Assembly (NCBI GenBank): GCA_944324395.1 | Contig: CALUWC010000005.1 | Coordinates: 32,366-96,365, forward strand | DNA from: Candidatus Gastranaerophilales bacterium | GTDB lineage: Bacteria > Cyanobacteriota > Vampirovibrionia > Gastranaerophilales > Gastranaerophilaceae | Length of the DNA stretch: 64,000 nucleotides | Direction of reading: 5' to 3' | In this document: positions 47,071-57,546 of the stretch, in pieces | Position numbering within the stretch: the first letter of the stretch is position 1 | How the letters are laid out: the number at the start of each line of letters is the position of its first letter | Translations under genes and position numbers: made by a program | The notes under the pieces: model-generated | The model's input: the letters and a program-made list of their open reading frames with translations, nothing else | Told to the model about the DNA's origin: nothing | The model's database searches: none

Positions 47071-47736
47071 ATGTGGCAAAAAAATATAATTTCAGTTTTT
47101 TTAATAATATTATCTTGTATGTTCACACAAGCATACGCCCAGACTGTTGAGGTTTCTTCTCTGGATAAGTTTTCCACAGATAGTCCTCCAAAATCAATAT
47201 CCATAAAACTTCTGGAACCTTTAGAAATTTCTGATAATGAAGTTTATAAAGCCGGAGTGATTATGAAAGGCGACTTGTTTGATGTAGTCAGTCCGAAACG
47301 ATTAAAACGTGATGCGGATTTTTCATTTAAACCTGTGTCATTCACTGATGAAAGCGGAAAAACATATCAGATAAACTCGAACATTACAGCATCATATACA
47401 GAACCTTTGAATAAAGGTCAAATGGCGAAAAGTGCGGCTTTAACCGTAGGTGATTTTTTTGTTAAAGGATTGTCAATGGGAGTCGCAGCGGTGTCAGGAG
47501 CCGTAAAGAACCAGGAAGGCAACAGAATAAAATCTTCTGCTGTTTCAGTTTACGAATCTTCACCTTTGTCTTATGTCGAAAAAGGCGAAGATATCAAAAT
47601 AGAACCGAATATGTCGTTCTTTTTGAAGTTTTCAAAACCAAAATGTGAAAAAGTTTCAAGTTCTCGGCAAAATGATGTTCGTAATGAAGAAGTTATACAA
47701 GGTCAAAATTATACATTTCAAATAGAAAAGGAGTAA
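47071..47736 (+). CDS. Secreted hypothetical protein (paralog pair, long form)
   Basis: Signal peptide ...MFTQAYA. Mature N-terminus QTVEVSSLDKFSTDSPP matches the next gene. Confidence 0.65.
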   Translation: MWQKNIISVFLIILSCMFTQAYAQTVEVSSLDKFSTDSPPKSISIKLLEPLEISDNEVYKAGVIMKGDLFDVVSPKRLKRDADFSFKPVSFTDESGKTYQINSNITASYTEPLNKGQMAKSAALTVGDFFVKGLSMGVAAVSGAVKNQEGNRIKSSAVSVYESSPLSYVEKGEDIKIEPNMSFFLKFSKPKCEKVSSSRQNDVRNEEVIQGQNYTFQIEKE

Positions 47737-47743
47737 GTAAAAG

Positions 47744-48160
47744 ATGAAAAAACTATTTATGGCATTTACGGCTTTTGTCCTTTCATTGGCATTGTGCCAG
47801 GGTGTAAGTGCTAAAACAATTCAGGTTACTGCATTAGAAGATTTTCAAACTTCTAATCCTCCGCAGGTTTTGCATGTTCAGATGAATGCAAATACAAGAC
47901 TTAGTTATGATTTAATGCTGTTTCAGGGTTTTCAAGTTACAGGTAAGGTTCAGCCTCAGCAAAACGGTGGATTTGTTTTTATTCCGGTTAGTTATGTAAA
48001 CTATCAGGAAGAACAGCTTCCTATTCAAAAAGAGGTTCCCGCTGTATATAAAGGAAAAGCTGGTTTGATTAGACGTAATCAGCCGTTCCAGCTGGTGTTT
48101 CCGAATAACGGCCCGGATACATTCCAGTATTATGTACCAAGCAGCAGCGATATGAATTAA
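47744..48160 (+). CDS. Secreted hypothetical protein (paralog pair, short form)
   Basis: Signal peptide ...CQGVSA. Mature N-terminus KTIQVTALEDFQTSNPP. Confidence 0.65.
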   Translation: MKKLFMAFTAFVLSLALCQGVSAKTIQVTALEDFQTSNPPQVLHVQMNANTRLSYDLMLFQGFQVTGKVQPQQNGGFVFIPVSYVNYQEEQLPIQKEVPAVYKGKAGLIRRNQPFQLVFPNNGPDTFQYYVPSSSDMN

Positions 48161-48303
48161 GAAACAGCAGAAACTTGGTAATTTAATTGTAAAATACGGG
48201 AAGCCTTCTTTTGTCTGGAGTGCTTCTCGTTTTTTTATAGGATATGTTTTGTTGAATTTTAAGATATTATTACTTTAGTTATAAAGAAGAGAGGTAGATT
48301 AAA

Positions 48304-49371
48304 ATGCTGGAATACTTTTTAGGTTCATATATTGTAACTATAGCAGGTGTTATAGGTGCATATTTATGGGGAGAACATGTTCATCATGGAACAGGTTTTG
48401 CCTGTGTCTTTATTGTTTTGGTTTTGGCGGTATTGGAAACAAGTTTGTCATTTGATAATGCGGTTGTTAATGCTATGAAGTTAGAAAAAATGTCGCACAA
48501 GTGGCGTCATAGATTTTTAACATGGGGTATTGCTATTGCCGTTTTTGGTATGAGATTTTTATTCCCTGTGCTGGTTGTTGCTGTATTTGCAAATTTAGAT
48601 ATGGTAACGGTTACAAAGATAGCTTTGACTGATTCTGACAAGTATGCAAGTTATCTTCATGCAACACATGCCCCGATTGTTACTTTTGGCGGAATGTTTT
48701 TAATAATGCTGTTTCTTAATTACTTCTTTAATCATGAAAAAACTGTTCACTGGATTACTCCTATTGAAAGACCGTTATCAACTTTAGATCATGTAAAGGG
48801 GATTGAAATTGTTATATCGTTATTGATGTTAATTGCTGTTCAGGCTCATATTCCTGAAGAAAGTAAAGTTTCTGTTATTCTTTCCGGTTTGGGCGGGATA
48901 ATTACATATCTGGTTATTGATGGTGTTGCACATTTTCTTGAAAAGCATGAAGAAATGCGAAATGCTCAAAATGTAGCAGGCGGAGTTAAATGTGCAGGGC
49001 TTATAAGTTTTATTTATTTAGAATTGATTGATGCTTCTTTTTCATTAGATGGAGTACTGGGTGCGTTTGCATTAAGTAAAGATGTTTTGATTATTACAAT
49101 AGGTCTTGCTATAGGTGCTATGTTTGTAAGGTCTTTGACAATTATGCTTGTTGAAAAGAAAACTCTGGCAAAATTTTTATATTTAGAACATGGAGCTCAC
49201 TGGGCTATTGGTGCGTTGGCTATAATTATGCTTGTGACTACTGTAAGAGAAATCCCTGAAGTTGTTACAGGTTTAATTGGCTTGATATTTATTGTTGCAG
49301 CATTTGTGTCTTCTCTTTTACATAATAAGAAAGAATCTCAGAATGTTAAGAGTGAACAACAAAATAATTAA
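48304..49371 (+). CDS. TerC-related integral membrane protein (DUF475-like)
   Basis: ETSLSFDNAVVNA motif, repeated as ELIDASFSLDGVLGAF. About 9 TM helices. Confidence 0.7.
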   Translation: MLEYFLGSYIVTIAGVIGAYLWGEHVHHGTGFACVFIVLVLAVLETSLSFDNAVVNAMKLEKMSHKWRHRFLTWGIAIAVFGMRFLFPVLVVAVFANLDMVTVTKIALTDSDKYASYLHATHAPIVTFGGMFLIMLFLNYFFNHEKTVHWITPIERPLSTLDHVKGIEIVISLLMLIAVQAHIPEESKVSVILSGLGGIITYLVIDGVAHFLEKHEEMRNAQNVAGGVKCAGLISFIYLELIDASFSLDGVLGAFALSKDVLIITIGLAIGAMFVRSLTIMLVEKKTLAKFLYLEHGAHWAIGALAIIMLVTTVREIPEVVTGLIGLIFIVAAFVSSLLHNKKESQNVKSEQQNN

Positions 49372-49386
49372 ATTTTAATATGTATT

Positions 49387-49421
49387 TAAAAGACCATAGA
49401 ATTATTTCTATGGTCTTTTTT
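49387..49421. terminator. Bidirectional terminator
   Basis: AGACCATAGAA/TTCTATGGTCT stem with A- and T-runs between convergent genes. Confidence 0.8.
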
Positions 49422-49445
49422 GTGTTTTATTAAATTTTTGAAGAA

Positions 49446-50756
<1,311 letters not shown>

Positions 50757-50892
50757 CTACACGTATCATTATAGCTTATAAATATTGAAATTCTAATAAT
50801 CCCGCAGCTTTGTAAAATTTTCTTAATAATGGGCTGTTATCTAACAAAAATTTTTCTTTATGGTTGTTATAATTGTCACTAAGGAGTAAGGT

Positions 50893-53800
50893 GTGAAAGT
50901 AAATTTTGATTTAAAAAAGGACAAGGTTGATAACAATAAACCGGTTTCATTTGAAGGGCATAAGTTTGTAAAATCTGATCGCGGGCTTCGTCAGTTTGAA
51001 TTTTCTTACCCGTATGATGAAAACAGAGATAAATGCTATATTGAGATTTATAAACTTGATACAGATCGTTATGGTAATTATTTTTCTACCGGCAAAGCTT
51101 ATTCCCGTAAGGGTGCTGATAAGCTGGAAGTTAAACCGGGAGTTAATCGTGTTGATTTAGCCAGAACTTTTGGTATTGAAGATAATCAAGCATTTGCTTA
51201 TCACTTTTTACTTGTTGATAAAAAGACCGGTTATACAAAAACCAGAGTTGATGCCGGTGAAGTTATTGATGAACGAAATCCTGCTAATCAAAATCGTAAT
51301 ATTTTCAACGTAGTTGTTCCTACAAAATCAAGTTTATCCAAGGGCGGAGCAATGAAACTGGTTATTATTGACTCCCAGAAAGTCGGTTATGTATATAATG
51401 ACCAGAATATGATAGTCCGAGATGAAAAGCTGGCCTCACGTGGGGAAAAAGGTATAAAAACGATTGCTAATAAATTCGGCGGTACTATTGCCGGGTTGGA
51501 ATATGCAATTGATAAAGGCGAATATGATAAATATGCCAGAATAATTTCATTACCGATTTTTACTGATGATGATTTTTCTGCACACGCTTACTGGAATAAA
51601 AACTGTATGCAGATGGCAAGTTCTCTCGGTAATATCAATAATTATGCATCTTTGCAAAGAAAAATGTTTGCTCATGGTTTGAATTTTGTATCTGATGGTG
51701 CATTTGTTAATGAGGGGCTTGAAGGTGTTCACTTCAAACACTTATTAAAATGGGGTGATGAATCTCCGTACTTAAATTGGTTTAGAGCTTCCGGAATAAA
51801 AAATAATCCGTTATCTCTTGGTGTATTTGTAAAAAATAAAGATTTCATTTCTCATAAAATTGTAAACTCTCCATATCGTTATTCTCAAAATAGAATGGGG
51901 CATGTTTCTATTAAGAAAAATCATGAATACAATCCAAAGAAACCTACATATATTCAATTCTTTGATACCAGATTGGTAACTGAAGAAGAACGTAATGATC
52001 ATAAATCTTTAATTAAAACTTATTCCGTAATGAGTACTCCTAATGTATATGACTTACATTCTCATAATGATTCAGTATTTCCTTATTATTTTGAAATCGA
52101 TCCGGAAGTATATAATAGTAATATTAAAAACTTAAATAAATATAATGATATCAATCCGGATAGTACGATTTCTATAACCAGTCCGAAAGGTGCTCGTTTC
52201 TTATCAAAATTCAGAAACTTTATGGTAGAAGGTAAATATGAAAGCGGATTTGAAACATGGGATGCAAACCCTGATATTGCAAAGTTGAATTTTGTATTCT
52301 CAAATGCCGATACTAAAGCCTTAAAGAATCTTCCTGTTGATGAAAGAAAACGTGAAATGCGGAAAATTATCAGAGGTAATTTCCAGGTTCAAGACTATGC
52401 AATTTCATCAGGTCAGTATTGGACGGCTAAAACTGATGATATTTTGCGTTTGTATATTGCACAAAGTTTGAGAAGTGTTGATGTAGAAAATCCTTCTAAA
52501 GTTTATAATCAGATTATGAATTTGTCTGATAATAAGATATTCCCTAAAATTTTAAAGACAGAAGTTTCTAAAGATGAAGTAGAAAATGTTATAGAAGGTA
52601 TTTATAGTAATAAGCGTAAATTATCCAAAGAGGACAAAAAGTCGCAAATTTTGGAAGGATTGATGAATACTCCGCTGGATTCTTTCGAATTTGGCGATAA
52701 TATAGTTTCAGTTCTGGCTTCTCCATTAATATCCAAAAGAGCGGTTGTAGCTTCAGAAGTTGGAGTTCCAAGGTATCAAATATATAAACAGGGTAACAAA
52801 CATTTATCTCCTGATTATAAAGATACATACGAAGAAATGGATAATATTTATACACATGAAATGTCAGATTTTGCAACTACGGTTTTAGATACTGTCGATT
52901 CTGTCCTGCCGGCTGACCGAAAATTGTTTGACGGAGATCAGGTTACTGAATATGGTAAGTATGTTTTGCCGTTGATACTTCCTATGATTGCAAAATATGC
53001 GGTTATCAAATCTTTAGATCCTGATATTACGGTTGCAATAAGTTCTTCTAACGGCGAAATGTCTTATGATTATAAGGAATTGAAAGAGTTATCGCTGCAG
53101 GGTATCGGAATTTTAAATCCTGCATCTCCTAAAGATGAGGCTCAAATGCTTCTCCGCCGTATAAAGAAAGGTATGACAAAATTAGATTCTTCTATTGACG
53201 GAGAAATGGTTGAAGCAATTGTAAGAACTCTTAAAGATACAAATGTTGAGAGTTTCAAATTAGCTGATTTGATTATTGATAAGACTCAATCCGGTTTGGA
53301 TTGGAGAATTGATGCAGCTAAAGATATCGCTGATGTTGAAGCTTTACGTAACAAAAATACAAATTTTGATTATACGTGGCGTCAAGTTATCGGCTTTTGG
53401 AAGAAATTTGTGCAAGGGGTTGTTGCTATTAATCCTAATGCTTATACTGTTGCAGAGGTTACAGATGAAATAAACTTGCATGATCGTGGTTATGGTGCAA
53501 ATTCAAGAAAATTCCCAAATCCAAATTATGATATTCTTGCAAAATTCCAGAGAGAAACCGGCATGACATCTCTTGCTAATTATAAGCACTGGTTTAGATT
53601 AGTTTCAAAATTGTTCGGTAAAGATTTTGAGGACGGTTCATATTTTGATAAGAGTACAGATGCACAAAAAGCTGTATATGATAAAATGATTGAATTTATC
53701 AGATCAGGCGGTTTAGATTCTGTTATGTATGCTTATACTTTTATCGGCAACCACGATAAGCCAAGAGCTTTGCATTGTGCAGCTTTAGATATGTCTTTGT

Positions 53801-55041
53801 TCTATTGTGATTTGAACTATGTTGAGGGCAGGGCAAACAGACGTAAAGCTTATCAAATTATAAAGGATAAATTCTTAGAACCTATTTCAGATTCTGAAGT
53901 CGACAATTATGATTTTTCTGCAGTATCTCCAAAAGCTATAGCAATGGCAGATGCTATAAGACCGGCTTTTGTTAATGTATTGAATAAATACAGAGAAAAA
54001 TATAAAGATCAATTAGGAACAGAAGAACAGTTTAATAGAGCGTTTGTTCCTATCAGTAAAGCAATTTCAGATTTAGCTCAGGGTATCTATATGGGTAAAC
54101 GTTTTGACCCTGATGCATTTGGTGTTAAACCTATAGATGTAACAATTTCTATGGTGTTGAAACAGGCAAGAACTCAGTATGGATTCCAATTGCCGCCCGG
54201 TGCTGATTCAAAATACGAAGATGAAGTCTTTGAGGCAGTTATGAAACCTGCGTTATCAAAAGTTCTGGCTATGATGAAATATCTTGTAGCTCTTCCGGGT
54301 ATGCCTACTTTATTTGACGGTGATGATGTCGGAGCTACAGGTTATGACCCTAAAACTAAAAATATGTACTTGCAGGGTCGTCAAAGAGTTCATGATGAAT
54401 GGCTGGATGTTACTGATGCTACAAAATATAAGGCCTTTATTGCAAAATATAAAAAATATTTTGATGAAACAATGGCAGTCAGAAGCAATCCGAAATGTAA
54501 CGCTTTGAATAACGGTGCTGTATATGTTCTTCCGTTGCAAGAGTCTAAGGAACATGTTAAAGTTCCTGCAGTATTTAGACAAAGTACAGATGGAAGAATG
54601 GCAATTTCCGTATTTAATACATCCGCTCTTCATACTGACCACAGGCGTGAATACAAACAAGATGATATTGTTTTGGATTCTATAAAACTTAACTTTGAAA
54701 CTCAAAAAGATAATGACGGAGCAGATAAAACGGTTTATGTTGACGGTGATGCCGGTGTCGGTATTCCAGGACTGAAGCCGGGAACTGTTTTTGTTAATGC
54801 TAAGAATGAAAATGATAAATATTATGTTAACGAACTTGACGGCAAGTATTTCATTAAACATGGATCCGGTGATGGTTCTATTACGTTGAATGATAGTACA
54901 TTGATATTGTATTCCGTACCAGAGGGTACTCCGCTTACATTTACGGGCAATTTGAACTTTAAACCTAATTCCCGTTTTGTTACTAATGCATATCAAAATA
55001 AGACGGATGTTTGCGGACAGAAGTTAGCTTTAATTAAATAA
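50893..55041 (+). CDS. Giant (1382 aa) GH13-like glycoside hydrolase with large internal insertion
   Basis: GGTIAGLEYAIDKG...ISLPIFTDD, DGAFVNEG (region I-like, aa ~268), GLDWRIDAAKD (region II, aa ~807), AEVTDE (region III, ~855), IGNHDKPR (region IV, ~955). GTG start after AAGGAG. Confidence 0.75.
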   Translation: MKVNFDLKKDKVDNNKPVSFEGHKFVKSDRGLRQFEFSYPYDENRDKCYIEIYKLDTDRYGNYFSTGKAYSRKGADKLEVKPGVNRVDLARTFGIEDNQAFAYHFLLVDKKTGYTKTRVDAGEVIDERNPANQNRNIFNVVVPTKSSLSKGGAMKLVIIDSQKVGYVYNDQNMIVRDEKLASRGEKGIKTIANKFGGTIAGLEYAIDKGEYDKYARIISLPIFTDDDFSAHAYWNKNCMQMASSLGNINNYASLQRKMFAHGLNFVSDGAFVNEGLEGVHFKHLLKWGDESPYLNWFRASGIKNNPLSLGVFVKNKDFISHKIVNSPYRYSQNRMGHVSIKKNHEYNPKKPTYIQFFDTRLVTEEERNDHKSLIKTYSVMSTPNVYDLHSHNDSVFPYYFEIDPEVYNSNIKNLNKYNDINPDSTISITSPKGARFLSKFRNFMVEGKYESGFETWDANPDIAKLNFVFSNADTKALKNLPVDERKREMRKIIRGNFQVQDYAISSGQYWTAKTDDILRLYIAQSLRSVDVENPSKVYNQIMNLSDNKIFPKILKTEVSKDEVENVIEGIYSNKRKLSKEDKKSQILEGLMNTPLDSFEFGDNIVSVLASPLISKRAVVASEVGVPRYQIYKQGNKHLSPDYKDTYEEMDNIYTHEMSDFATTVLDTVDSVLPADRKLFDGDQVTEYGKYVLPLILPMIAKYAVIKSLDPDITVAISSSNGEMSYDYKELKELSLQGIGILNPASPKDEAQMLLRRIKKGMTKLDSSIDGEMVEAIVRTLKDTNVESFKLADLIIDKTQSGLDWRIDAAKDIADVEALRNKNTNFDYTWRQVIGFWKKFVQGVVAINPNAYTVAEVTDEINLHDRGYGANSRKFPNPNYDILAKFQRETGMTSLANYKHWFRLVSKLFGKDFEDGSYFDKSTDAQKAVYDKMIEFIRSGGLDSVMYAYTFIGNHDKPRALHCAALDMSLFYCDLNYVEGRANRRKAYQIIKDKFLEPISDSEVDNYDFSAVSPKAIAMADAIRPAFVNVLNKYREKYKDQLGTEEQFNRAFVPISKAISDLAQGIYMGKRFDPDAFGVKPIDVTISMVLKQARTQYGFQLPPGADSKYEDEVFEAVMKPALSKVLAMMKYLVALPGMPTLFDGDDVGATGYDPKTKNMYLQGRQRVHDEWLDVTDATKYKAFIAKYKKYFDETMAVRSNPKCNALNNGAVYVLPLQESKEHVKVPAVFRQSTDGRMAISVFNTSALHTDHRREYKQDDIVLDSIKLNFETQKDNDGADKTVYVDGDAGVGIPGLKPGTVFVNAKNENDKYYVNELDGKYFIKHGSGDGSITLNDSTLILYSVPEGTPLTFTGNLNFKPNSRFVTNAYQNKTDVCGQKLALIK

Positions 55042-55075
55042 AAAAAAGACCGATATAATTATCGGTCTTTTTTTG
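55041..55075. terminator. Bidirectional terminator
   Basis: AGACCGATA/TATCGGTCT stem flanked by A8 and T7 runs. Confidence 0.85.
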
Positions 55076-55088
55076 TATATTTGATTTT

Positions 55089-56186
55089 TTATACTGCAAA
55101 TCTGAAATGTACAAGATCTCCGTCTTGTATTACATAGTCTTTGCCTTCTAATCTAGTTACCCCTTTTTCTTTGCAGGCGGTGTAAGATCCAAGCTCAACA
55201 AAGTCTTTATAAGGTGTTATTTCTGCTCTGATGAAACCTTTTTCAAAGTCTGTATGAATTACTCCGGCAGCTTGCGGTGCTTTTGTGCCGGCTGTTATTG
55301 TCCAGGCTCTGACTTCTTTTTCTCCAGCTGTAATAAAAGTCCTGAGTTTTAGAAGATTATACACAGATTTTATCATTCTGTTTATACCACTGTCTTCAAT
55401 GCCAAGTTCTTTCAAATATTCTTCAGCTTCTTCTTTTCCCAGATCTGCCAATTCTTCTTCTATTTTTGCTGTTATAATAACCATTTCCGCACCATGTGTT
55501 TTAGCATATTCTTCGACCTTTTTTGTATAATCATTTCCGTTTTTGAGGTCAAATTCTGATACATTTGCACAGTATATTACCGGTTTGGTTGATAATAAAT
55601 TAAGACGTTTTACAATTGGTAGTTCATCTTCATCAAAGTGTTTTGTGATATCAATGAATGTGCAGTCAGATAATAAATCAGTAAGCTTTTTTAATACTTT
55701 ATCTTCCAAAACAGCTTCTTTATCTCCCGATTTAACTGTTTTAGCAATTCTTGTCTGCCGTCTTTCTACAGATGCCATATCTGCCAGAGCAAGTTCCGTG
55801 TTTATTGTTTCTATATCGCTTATAGGGTCTACTTTTCCTGCTACGTGTATTGTATTTTCGTCATCAAAGCATCTCACTACCTGAATGATAGCATCAACTT
55901 CTCTTATGTTTTGCAAAAATTGATTGCCTAAGCCTTCGCCCTTGCTGGCACCTTTTACTAATCCTGCAATGTCAACAAATTCTATGGCTGTAGGTATAAT
56001 TGTTTCTGTTTTACACAATTTTGCCAGTATAGGCAATCTTTCGTCCGGCACATCAACAACTCCAATGTTAGGTTCTATCGTGCAGAACGGATAATTTGCA
56101 CTCTGTGCGTTTCTTGCATTGGTAAGTGCATTAAATAATGTTGATTTCCCTACGTTTGGAAGTCCGATTATTCCTGTTCTAAGCAT
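55089..56186 (-). CDS. ychF: Ribosome-binding ATPase YchF
   Basis: GIIGLPNVGKSTLFNALT P-loop and C-terminal TGS-like domain, 365 aa. Confidence 0.93.
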   Translation of the reverse strand: MLRTGIIGLPNVGKSTLFNALTNARNAQSANYPFCTIEPNIGVVDVPDERLPILAKLCKTETIIPTAIEFVDIAGLVKGASKGEGLGNQFLQNIREVDAIIQVVRCFDDENTIHVAGKVDPISDIETINTELALADMASVERRQTRIAKTVKSGDKEAVLEDKVLKKLTDLLSDCTFIDITKHFDEDELPIVKRLNLLSTKPVIYCANVSEFDLKNGNDYTKKVEEYAKTHGAEMVIITAKIEEELADLGKEEAEEYLKELGIEDSGINRMIKSVYNLLKLRTFITAGEKEVRAWTITAGTKAPQAAGVIHTDFEKGFIRAEITPYKDFVELGSYTACKEKGVTRLEGKDYVIQDGDLVHFRFAV

Positions 56187-56365
56187 TTATATTTCCTTTT
56201 TCTGATAGCTATTTACTTTATTAATTTTACTTCAAATGCGGTCTAATAAGTAGCCTTTTTTTTTATTGTTAAGTTTTGTAACACATCTGTATATGCTGAA
56301 ATCCCTTCAGGCTTTGAATTTATATTTTTCCTATAATATGTATATATTTTTTAGATATAAATTAA

Positions 56366-56407
56366 TCAATTTTTAAATCTAAAAATACTTTATATATATG
56401 TAAGGGA
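56366..56407 (+). promoter_or_regulatory. Shared upstream element, site S1
   Basis: TCAATT-N19(...AAAAATACTT)-TATATA-TATGTAAGGGA. Confidence 0.65.
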
Positions 56408-56441
56408 TATAAAAAGAAAAAATAATAAAGGGGAAAAGATT

Positions 56442-56612
56442 ATGAGAAATGATTATGAAATGATTACAGTTAAAGATTATGTTGAAAGCTTAAATGATGT
56501 AAGATGTTTAACTGTTGAAGAAAAAGAAATTGAAGCAAGTGTTGAAAAATATTTATTAAGCATTCAAAGAGCTAAAACAAATGAAAAAATCGTTGAAGCT
56601 TTGTTAGCATAA
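56442..56612 (+). CDS. Small protein (56 aa) of the ...ALLA tail family, not in the ORF track
   Basis: My translation: MRNDYEMITVKDYVESLNDVRCLTVEEKEIEASVEKYLLSIQRAKTNEKIVEALLA. AAAGGGGA SD. 33/56 identical to the 57547 product. Confidence 0.7.
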   Translation: MRNDYEMITVKDYVESLNDVRCLTVEEKEIEASVEKYLLSIQRAKTNEKIVEALLA

Positions 56613-56645
56613 TAAAAATATCAAAAATGTTATAATTAAATTTTA

Positions 56646-56674
56646 GGGGACTGATTGATAAAATCAGTCCTTCT
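56646..56674 (+). terminator. Intrinsic terminator
   Basis: GGACTGATT/AATCAGTCC stem followed by a T-rich tail. Confidence 0.65.
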
Positions 56675-56729
56675 CGATTATATGGATCTTTTTGATTGTA
56701 AATTTATGTTAATATTATATATAATTTAA

Positions 56730-56770
56730 GCAAATTTTATATGAAAAAATACTTTATATATGTGTAAGGG
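56730..56770 (+). promoter_or_regulatory. Shared upstream element, site S2
   Basis: GCAAAT-N19(...AAAAAATACTT)-TATATA-TGTGTAAGGGA. Confidence 0.65.
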
Positions 56771-56802
56771 AAATGATATTAAGAGAACAGGGGATCAAGA
56801 TT

Positions 56803-57099
56803 ATGGAAAGCTATTCAGGATTAATGACAGTTCAAGAATATGTAGAGTCAATGAGAAAAGAAAATGAACAAAGAACTACAATGATGACAGCTGCAGATTA
56901 TGCAAAATCTTTAAAGACTCAAAGTGCATTATTTCAAGCTTCTACATTGATAACAGTAAAAGAATATGCTCAAGCTTTAGACAGAGTTAAGTATTCAACT
57001 GCAGAGGATAGAGAAATCGAAAGATCAATCGAACTTTCACTTTCAAAATCCCGTAAAGCCAGAGTTAATGCTCAACTTCTTGAATCTATGTTAGGATAA
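56803..57099 (+). CDS. Small protein (98 aa), same family, with triplicated N-terminal motif
   Basis: ATG 56803 has a CAGGGGA SD, analogous to its paralogs (track start 56773 lies only ~13 nt after the TATATA box). Ends KARVNAQLLESMLG. Confidence 0.7.
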   Translation: MESYSGLMTVQEYVESMRKENEQRTTMMTAADYAKSLKTQSALFQASTLITVKEYAQALDRVKYSTAEDREIERSIELSLSKSRKARVNAQLLESMLG

Positions 57100-57123
57100 T
57101 TTATATAATTCAATAACAAGTTT

Positions 57124-57160
57124 GGCGGAACTGATTATTTAATCAGCTCCGCCTTATTAT
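57124..57160 (+). terminator. Intrinsic terminator
   Basis: 13-bp stem GGCGGAACTGATT/AATCAGCTCCGCC (1 mismatch) followed by TTATTATT. Confidence 0.7.
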
Positions 57161-57239
57161 TAGCTCCGAATTATTGTCCAGCCTTGTTTTTGAATTGTAA
57201 CATTATATTAAGATTATATACTTTTTAAGTAAAAAATAG

Positions 57240-57280
57240 GCAATTTTTTATAGAAAAAATACTTTATATATATGTAAGGG
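57240..57280 (+). promoter_or_regulatory. Shared upstream element, site S3
   Basis: GCAATT-N19(...AAAAAATACTT)-TATATA-TATGTAAGGGG. Confidence 0.65.
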
Positions 57281-57314
57281 GAATACTAACAGGGAAAAAT
57301 AAAAGGAGAAAAAT

Positions 57315-57503
57315 ATGGCCAGAGTATTAATTTCAATGCCTGAAAAATTTTTAAATGAGATTGATTTAGTAGCAGATTCTGAAAATCGTACTCGTTCTGA
57401 ATTGATTAGAGAAGCTCTCAGAACTTATATGTACAGATCTCAAGTTCGGAATGGTAAAAAAGCTGTTACTAACGCAGAAATTTTAGATGCATTACTTGGT
57501 TAG
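57315..57503 (+). CDS. Ribbon-helix-helix (CopG/Arc/MetJ-type) DNA-binding protein with the family tail
   Basis: RVLISMPEKFLNEIDLVADSENRTRSELIREALRTY is a typical RHH. Tail KAVTNAEILDALLG. AAGGAG SD. Confidence 0.8.
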   Translation: MARVLISMPEKFLNEIDLVADSENRTRSELIREALRTYMYRSQVRNGKKAVTNAEILDALLG

Positions 57504-57546
57504 ACTTGATGTATTCAGCAAGAATTTAAAATAAGGAACAGGGGAA

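Noticed and set aside
48161-48303. Looked for a yybP-ykoY (Mn) riboswitch upstream of the TerC-related gene.
   Set aside because: Only a terminator-like hairpin of the preceding gene is present (CGGGAAGC...GCTTCTCG plus a T-run). The conserved GGGGAGUAG-type core is not seen.
54310-54996. 228-aa minus-strand ORF. The same applies to the other antisense ORFs in the track: 8126-8452, 8982-9389, 9932-10362, 16485-16859, 34578-35030, 35257-35814, 38153-38518, 42347-43045, 44617-44979 and 62247-62639.
   Set aside because: All are embedded antisense or out of frame in long genes with strong family signatures. Such ORFs are expected in AT-rich DNA because antisense frames have few stop codons.
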